Shown here one piece after another: positions 58,537 to 64,000 of a stretch of 64,000 nucleotides of DNA; position 1 is the stretch's first letter; each line of letters opens with the position of its first letter. The position numbers and the translations under genes are program-made. The stretch covers positions 10,250 to 74,249 of the forward strand of contig CAZVLS010000001.1 in NCBI GenBank assembly GCA_964628295.1, in the 5' to 3' direction. The notes beneath the pieces were generated by a model. The model saw only the letters and a program-made list of their open reading frames with translations, was not told where the DNA came from and searched no databases. Source of the DNA: an uncultured Acidobacterium sp. GTDB lineage: Bacteria; Acidobacteriota; Vicinamibacteria; Vicinamibacterales; UBA2999.

Positions 58537-59856
58537 ATGAGCGGTATGCGCCCGCTTGTCATCATCGGAAACCCAAACACGGTGTTCATCCGCCGCATGG
58601 CGGCGCACTGGTTCGCTCGCGGCGTGAACGTCGTGATTGCCACCGCCAACCAGTGGACCAGCGGGTCGTGCAACGAGGACGGGGTGCCGGTTTACTGCGC
58701 GGAGCGCGCCATCGAACCGCAATCCAGGGCGTTGCTTGATGTGCTCGTGCCCACCATAGATTCGCTGGAACGCGAGTTACATGCGGCGCAACCACAACGG
58801 GTCGCGAACGCCCTGCGCTCCTGGGGCACCGGCGCGCCACCCCCGTCGCTGGTCCCGCCATTGATCGACGGCCTCGCTATCGCTGAGACCGTCAACAAGC
58901 TCCGTCCCGCAGCGGTGTTTGGCAATGAAGCCTTTGCGTACGGCCTCGCGACGGCCATGTGCACGGATACGCGGCGGACGATGTTCGTTTGGGGCGGCGA
59001 CGTGATGCAGTTCTGCGAGACGTCAGAGACGGCACTGCGATTGATGCGCTCGACGTTGAGAGCCATGCATTACATCGTCGCGGGCTCGGAACCGGTGCGG
59101 AGCCGCGTGGTGAATCGTCTTGGTGTATCCGACGACCGCGCGCTTCGCTTCTCACTTGGAGTGGACCGGGCGCTCTTCGCGCGCGCCAACGATCGGACGC
59201 GTGCCGCAACACTTCAGCGCTACGGCATCCCGGCGACCCGGCAACTCGTCTTGAACTCACGACGTCTCCGCGCGCATTGGGGAGGACCAGTCGCGGTCGA
59301 GGCCGGTCTGCGGGTCCTCGCCCGCTGCCCAGACACGCACTTGGTATGCCTGGGAGGCGACGGCACCCAAGCCGAGGTGGCCAGCGCCCGCGCCCGCGCG
59401 GCGGCATGCGGCGTGGCGGATCGATTTACGGCGATCGACGGGCATCTCGACGAGGTCAGCGTCGCCGATCTCATGGCAGCCGCGGACGTCTTTCTTTCAT
59501 TGACGCAAGACGACGAGCCGATGTCGGTCTCGGTCCTGCAAGGCAGCGCCGCCGGCGGCGCACCGGTGATTGGCGATCAGCGAACGTATCGAGAGGCGTG
59601 CGGCGAGGGATTGCATGCGTCGCTGGTGCCTCACGACTCACCCGCAGCGATCGCAGATGCCGTCATCCATCTACTCGCGAACCGCCAGCATCGGGACGCG
59701 ATGGCCGCCGCGAATCGGGACTACATCGAGCGCCACCACGATCTCGACCATCACATGGCCAGGCTGCTGCGGATCGTCCTCGGCAGCGAACTGGCGGCTA
59801 GCTTTCAGCGCGAACCACGTGCTCGGGAACTACAAGGCTGTAACGACGGCCGTTGA
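58537..59856 (+). CDS. group 1-like glycosyltransferase
   Basis: Start at ATG 58537 or 58546. The Rossmann N-terminus is RPLVIIGNPNTVFI. The C-terminal half (VFLSLTQDDEPMSVSVLQGSAAGGAPVIG) resembles the GT-B donor domain. Confidence 0.7.
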   Translation: MSGMRPLVIIGNPNTVFIRRMAAHWFARGVNVVIATANQWTSGSCNEDGVPVYCAERAIEPQSRALLDVLVPTIDSLERELHAAQPQRVANALRSWGTGAPPPSLVPPLIDGLAIAETVNKLRPAAVFGNEAFAYGLATAMCTDTRRTMFVWGGDVMQFCETSETALRLMRSTLRAMHYIVAGSEPVRSRVVNRLGVSDDRALRFSLGVDRALFARANDRTRAATLQRYGIPATRQLVLNSRRLRAHWGGPVAVEAGLRVLARCPDTHLVCLGGDGTQAEVASARARAAACGVADRFTAIDGHLDEVSVADLMAAADVFLSLTQDDEPMSVSVLQGSAAGGAPVIGDQRTYREACGEGLHASLVPHDSPAAIADAVIHLLANRQHRDAMAAANRDYIERHHDLDHHMARLLRIVLGSELAASFQREPRARELQGCNDGR

Positions 59857-62428
59857 CCCTGGGGTCGCTGCCGTCACTCGAAGAGAACGTCAGGTCGTCG
59901 CGCCAGCGCGTCCACGCCCGCAGCACCACGCCGTCTTCCAGCACCTGCAGCGCAGCGGCGTGGTGCGACAGATACCATCGAGCCGCATCGCTCCTGAAGC
60001 GGAACACGCGCTGGCCGTTCGGTGAGGGCAACAGCCTGGACACGGGCATCGTCCAGGCCGTCATTGGCGAACGCGGTGCTTCCTGCTTCACGAGCTCGCC
60101 TCGTACGTCGTAGGTTTGCATCAACCACCACGCGCGCTGCATCTGCAATTCGTACAGTCTCGCAGTCAACCCTGTCACCCACACCGAGAGCGCGGGATCC
60201 TGTGCCTGTGCGGGCGTAAAGAGGCGGCGGAAGACGAACAAGAAATCAAACGCGTTGCGAGGGAAGTCAAACTCGTGCTCGAGTGTTGGCCGAAGCGGGT
60301 CATCCACGACGTAGCCGTGCCGCCAGAACTTTTCAGCCCAATGCTGCAGGGGCCGCTCGAATGATGGTCCCGCCTGGCCGCCTGGAGGGCGCGACGAGAA
60401 CACCACGGTATCGCTCGCGCGCACACAGCGCTGGATCAGCGCGTCCTGCTCACTCCAGGGCACACCGTGCGCGACCTCGATGCACAGGCTGAGGTCGGAC
60501 CTGCGTTCATCACCGGGATCGAGAAACTCCTGATCGCGTGAGCTGACACCTCGCACGTCGTTTACGCCCAGCGCCTTGAACGCGGTTATCCAGTGCCCTG
60601 CGCCGCATCCGACATCGAGCACGCTACGGGGCCTGAAATGGCGATGAATCACGCTCGCCAGACTGTCCGCTGTCGCCTTGTGATCGAGAGACCACTTCGC
60701 GGCATCGGCAGCGTGACGCGGGGGCGCGGCCTCGAGTCCACGACGAATCACCGTCGTCCGTGATTGTCGATCGGTGAACCGCCGGTACTGGACCCAAAGG
60801 TCGCGCCGCTCGGCCAGCAACAGGTCGACCGCTTGTCGTACCTGGGCGCCGACGGAGCGAAACAGCTCGTCGACCACCACAATCGCTCCGCCGGAAGTGA
60901 GCGCTGCCGACGCATCCCTCAGCTCAGCCAGCAGATCCGTCGATGGATCGGTGACCCGAATCATGTGGAGATTCAACGACTGGCTCAACTCGTCGATGTG
61001 CCGCTCATCCCGCTGCTCTGGCGTCAAGGGGGCCACCGGAGCCGGCGGAATTGACGCGGAATCCGCGCCGCACGGCCGGGCCTGCCTCGTTTGATCGATC
61101 TGCGAATCCGACACGGCCGCGAATGATCGCCACGCGTGTCGCACGTCCTCCGTCGGCAGCGTCGGAGCGGGACCAGGCCTTGCGGACGCGCGATAGCTGT
61201 TGCCGATCGTCTCGCCAATCGATTCGATCGCCGGCAACGACGAGAACACCTCATCGAGTGACCGCTGAACGATTCCCGTGCCGTGGAGGATTCCGCCGCG
61301 CGTGGCGTTGATGGTCGGCCGGCCACTCGTCGCGGCAGACTCGACGATCCAGTCTCTGAACGATCGCAGGTGCGGCGCCGTGCGAACCGCGCGTCCGTCC
61401 ACTGCCGGTTCCGACGTCTCAGGCCATTGCGCAAGTTGCGTGGCCCACACGTCGGCGAGGCTTTCTCCCCAGGCTTCCGCTCGCCGCCACTCTTCGTCGT
61501 AGGTCGTGCCGCTCGCATAGGGGCGGCCGTCGCTGAATGCGAGATCGGCGCCGGCAAACACGATCGGACCGCAACCGATTCGCAAAGCAAAATCGTACGC
61601 GGTGGTCAGCACAGACCCCCAGGCCCTGAGCCTGCCGCGCGCCATCCCGGTGGTCTGCAGCCATGGCCACGGGTGATGATCGGCGACGGTGAACGTGAAC
61701 GTGCGCCCGCAGAAGTGCCGGAACGCCTCAGGGTCGATGCTGCCCTCAGCAACGAGATACGTCGAGGGGCACGAAGGCAGCTCCACAAGATGGCGGGCGT
61801 TGGCCTCGGTAGGATCCGCGGCGACGACGAAATCCGGATACACACTCGCAGACAGCAACGGACGGAGCGCGGTGTCGACCGCAATCACCAGTGCCTTGCC
61901 GCGATGGCGAACGATCTCGGTTAAGTTTCGATCGAGCGAGGGACCAGCCGCGACGACGATCGCGGGTGTGCCGCCAAACGCATCGAACAGCGACACGACA
62001 TCAGCCTCGGCTGCAATCGTGTCGAGATTGCGCAAGGTATTGAGCAGGTAACGGCCGGCGTTCTGGCGTCTTGCCTCCTGGTTGGCTCTGGCGCCGAACC
62101 AGGCCTTGCCGATCGCGCGCGCCGCCCGCTTCACCGCGTCGGTGTGTTGCCGGACGACGTCGGGCTCGAGAACGAGAACCGGCCGCTCCGCATCCGCGTC
62201 GAGAGACGTCGCTTCTCGGTCGAGGCCGCTGAACGCCGGTGGCGACAACTGGATGATACGCCCATGCCACGCGCGCGCCTGCAAGGCTGCACGCAACGCG
62301 CGCCGATCGGTGCCGACAAAGAAGAGCGTTTGCGATGTCTCGAGGGCGACACCGTTCAGCCATCGACTCGCGTTCAGGGTGGCGGCGCCGCTCAAGCAGC
62401 AACCTCCGCGCGCATGCGCCAGCCCCAA
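59798..62428 (-). CDS. multidomain protein: MptE-like/DUF115 (Maf-type) domain plus class I methyltransferase plus unknown C-terminus
   Basis: PAIVVAAGPSLDRNL...VIAVDTALRPLL...PDFVVAADP at aa ~155-205 is the DUF115 signature. VLDVGCGAGHW at aa ~603 is SAM motif I. The last ~130 aa are unassigned. Confidence 0.7.
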   Translation of the reverse strand: MGLAHARGGCCLSGAATLNASRWLNGVALETSQTLFFVGTDRRALRAALQARAWHGRIIQLSPPAFSGLDREATSLDADAERPVLVLEPDVVRQHTDAVKRAARAIGKAWFGARANQEARRQNAGRYLLNTLRNLDTIAAEADVVSLFDAFGGTPAIVVAAGPSLDRNLTEIVRHRGKALVIAVDTALRPLLSASVYPDFVVAADPTEANARHLVELPSCPSTYLVAEGSIDPEAFRHFCGRTFTFTVADHHPWPWLQTTGMARGRLRAWGSVLTTAYDFALRIGCGPIVFAGADLAFSDGRPYASGTTYDEEWRRAEAWGESLADVWATQLAQWPETSEPAVDGRAVRTAPHLRSFRDWIVESAATSGRPTINATRGGILHGTGIVQRSLDEVFSSLPAIESIGETIGNSYRASARPGPAPTLPTEDVRHAWRSFAAVSDSQIDQTRQARPCGADSASIPPAPVAPLTPEQRDERHIDELSQSLNLHMIRVTDPSTDLLAELRDASAALTSGGAIVVVDELFRSVGAQVRQAVDLLLAERRDLWVQYRRFTDRQSRTTVIRRGLEAAPPRHAADAAKWSLDHKATADSLASVIHRHFRPRSVLDVGCGAGHWITAFKALGVNDVRGVSSRDQEFLDPGDERRSDLSLCIEVAHGVPWSEQDALIQRCVRASDTVVFSSRPPGGQAGPSFERPLQHWAEKFWRHGYVVDDPLRPTLEHEFDFPRNAFDFLFVFRRLFTPAQAQDPALSVWVTGLTARLYELQMQRAWWLMQTYDVRGELVKQEAPRSPMTAWTMPVSRLLPSPNGQRVFRFRSDAARWYLSHHAAALQVLEDGVVLRAWTRWRDDLTFSSSDGSDPRVNGRRYSLVVPEHVVRAES

Positions 62429-63105
62429 ATGTGCCAGGCCGCAGCGGGACCGGTGTGAAACAACAGGTCAAGAATCGTGACGTGATGAGAGAAGGCACCA
62501 TGGAGCTGGGGATATTCCGGATAGCCTTCGTAGTTCTTCCACGTCACGTCGATCCCGGCTTCGGCAAACTGCTCGTCGTTGATGTAGGCACGCGCCGATG
62601 GACCGGACACGTAGCTGGTCGCGCCGCTGAGGCGCAAGAGCTCGCGGATTCGATCAGCCTTGCTGCCAGTCAGTGGATAGTTCAGGGAGTTCTCGAACTG
62701 CGTGGTAATGCCGAGCAGATCGCCCGAAATCCCCACGGCCACCGACTGGTTCATCTCTGAAAGGCTTGTCCACTCCCGACCGAGGTATATCGACTCGAAG
62801 TAGCCGCGGTACATCTCGAAGTACGGCGCAGGACGGTATGCGCGCACGATCTTTCGCCAGTGTTCGTCGGCCCATCCTCGATTCGACGGCATCGGCACAT
62901 CGCAGATCCGGCGGTTTCGATCGTCACCCACCGGCACACTCAACCACTGCAGCCCCGTCTCCGTCTTGATTCGATTGCGATTTCGCCAATCCCTGACCGT
63001 GTACTGCACGTCGTCGTAAAAGATGAACGTGTCGACGTCGTGGATGATGTCGAAATAGCCCTTCCATGGAATGTAGTTGGACTGGAGAATCGCAACGCGC
63101 TTCAC
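62392..63105 (-). CDS. WbqC-family protein
   Basis: VAILQSNYIPWKGYFDII...YDDVQYTVRDWRNRNRI is the WbqC signature. GTG 63105 overlaps the upstream stop (GTGA). Confidence 0.8.
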   Translation of the reverse strand: MKRVAILQSNYIPWKGYFDIIHDVDTFIFYDDVQYTVRDWRNRNRIKTETGLQWLSVPVGDDRNRRICDVPMPSNRGWADEHWRKIVRAYRPAPYFEMYRGYFESIYLGREWTSLSEMNQSVAVGISGDLLGITTQFENSLNYPLTGSKADRIRELLRLSGATSYVSGPSARAYINDEQFAEAGIDVTWKNYEGYPEYPQLHGAFSHHVTILDLLFHTGPAAAWHIWGWRMRAEVAA

Positions 63106-64000
63106 GCAGCGACTTCCTTTAGGCCCGCCACGAGCGTTGCATAGCTCGCACCTTCTCCAGGCCACCGCGTCTCCTGCCAGTCAGGACACTGACCGCAGAA
63201 GCTGTGCTGGCTGTACTCGTTCGTGAGGTGCGCGTGGCGAAGGGCGGCGTACTGGCGTCCGTGCCACAACTCGGCGATGGTCGTCGTGTTGTAGTCCACC
63301 AGTGAAGAACCACCGGTCCAGTCAGACGGGCAGAAGGCGAGTGTCGCTCGCGGCGTGACGACGACGCGCTCCCATGGGTAGACACACGGGCGGCGGGCCT
63401 GGACTGCCGCCTTCTTGCGCATGACCTCTGCGACGCTGATGACGGCGCCGGATGCCGAGTGAAGGCGCCGGATCGCCACTGAGTGCGCGCCCGCGTCATT
63501 CCAGTAGCGCTCGAAGTCGGCCGTTTCATGCGCGTTGTTCGGCTGCTCGATGTAGCTCACCGCGATACGCATGCGCGAACCCGACTCGCGGACGCGCCTG
63601 ATTAGCCGCTCGGTGTTCCCACGGGTGACGTGCAAGTCACCACGGACACGAATCGCGGCATACGTCTCCGGGGAGAACGCGTCGATGCTGATGTCGACCA
63701 TGTGGACACCGGTGGCGATCAGCTGTTCGATGCGCGCGTCGGTCAACAACGTGCCGTTGGTCGTGAGCGACACGAATGTCCTCGACCGGCGGACCGCGTC
63801 GTCCAGCATCGGGTAGATCGACCGGTTGAGCAGCGGTTCTCCGTCGCTCGCGAAGCGGACGTACTGAACGAGGCCCTCGCCGGACGTAGCCACTTCGGTC
63901 ACCGCCTTCGCGCTGAGTTCGAAGCTCAGCGATCGGCCTGAATAATGAGACGACTGCTTGAACGCCGGGTGCGGACAGTGCGTGCATGACAGGTTGCACA
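63102..64000 (-). CDS. radical SAM / SPASM-domain enzyme (5' end beyond the window)
   Basis: The frame stays open to nt 64000 and encodes CNLSCTHCP (CxxxCxxC) at about 63966-63992. The C-terminal Cys cluster (CVYPW...CPSDW...CGQCPDW) is SPASM/twitch-like. Confidence 0.8.
   Translation of the reverse strand, partial: CNLSCTHCPHPAFKQSSHYSGRSLSFELSAKAVTEVATSGEGLVQYVRFASDGEPLLNRSIYPMLDDAVRRSRTFVSLTTNGTLLTDARIEQLIATGVHMVDISIDAFSPETYAAIRVRGDLHVTRGNTERLIRRVRESGSRMRIAVSYIEQPNNAHETADFERYWNDAGAHSVAIRRLHSASGAVISVAEVMRKKAAVQARRPCVYPWERVVVTPRATLAFCPSDWTGGSSLVDYNTTTIAELWHGRQYAALRHAHLTNEYSQHSFCGQCPDWQETRWPGEGASYATLVAGLKEVAA

Overview
GC-rich bacterial chromosomal segment of about 55 genes. The gene content looks Acidobacteriota-like: a PadR regulator with an ADOP-type duplicated FtsX permease, and three outer-membrane receptors with carboxypeptidase-regulatory-like N-termini. 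From the left: the end of an integrative element (hypothetical gene, excisionase, tyrosine integrase) abuts tRNA-Ser(GGA), whose 3' end is duplicated 104 bp downstream. Then come housekeeping and envelope genes: FAH hydrolase, beta-lactamase-family hydrolase, VOC protein, PHP/HhH protein, Tat-signal aminotransferase, hybrid histidine kinase, two L,D-transpeptidase-family proteins, an FHA/PP2C pair, EVE protein, two ABC-F ATPases, M20 peptidase, RluA, DSD1-like PLP enzyme, aldo/keto reductase, CNNM/TlyC, ABC-2 exporter, rhomboid, PepT, LytS/LytTR pair, GlgB and amidase. The right end (52-64 kb, running off the window) is a glycan-type cluster: GT2, AsnB, methyltransferase, two GT4-like enzymes, an MptE/DUF115-methyltransferase fusion, WbqC and a radical SAM/SPASM enzyme. 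The most unusual signal is non-coding. Almost every intergenic spacer is filled by tandem 7-9 nt oligomer arrays, usually paired as inverted arrays that would fold into long imperfect hairpins. One such hairpin sits in frame inside glgB. A nested palindromic element of about 240 bp occurs in two inverted copies around a two-gene module, with a mini-copy at the shared promoter. All calls rest on reading the sequence and ORF translations by eye; no searches were run.
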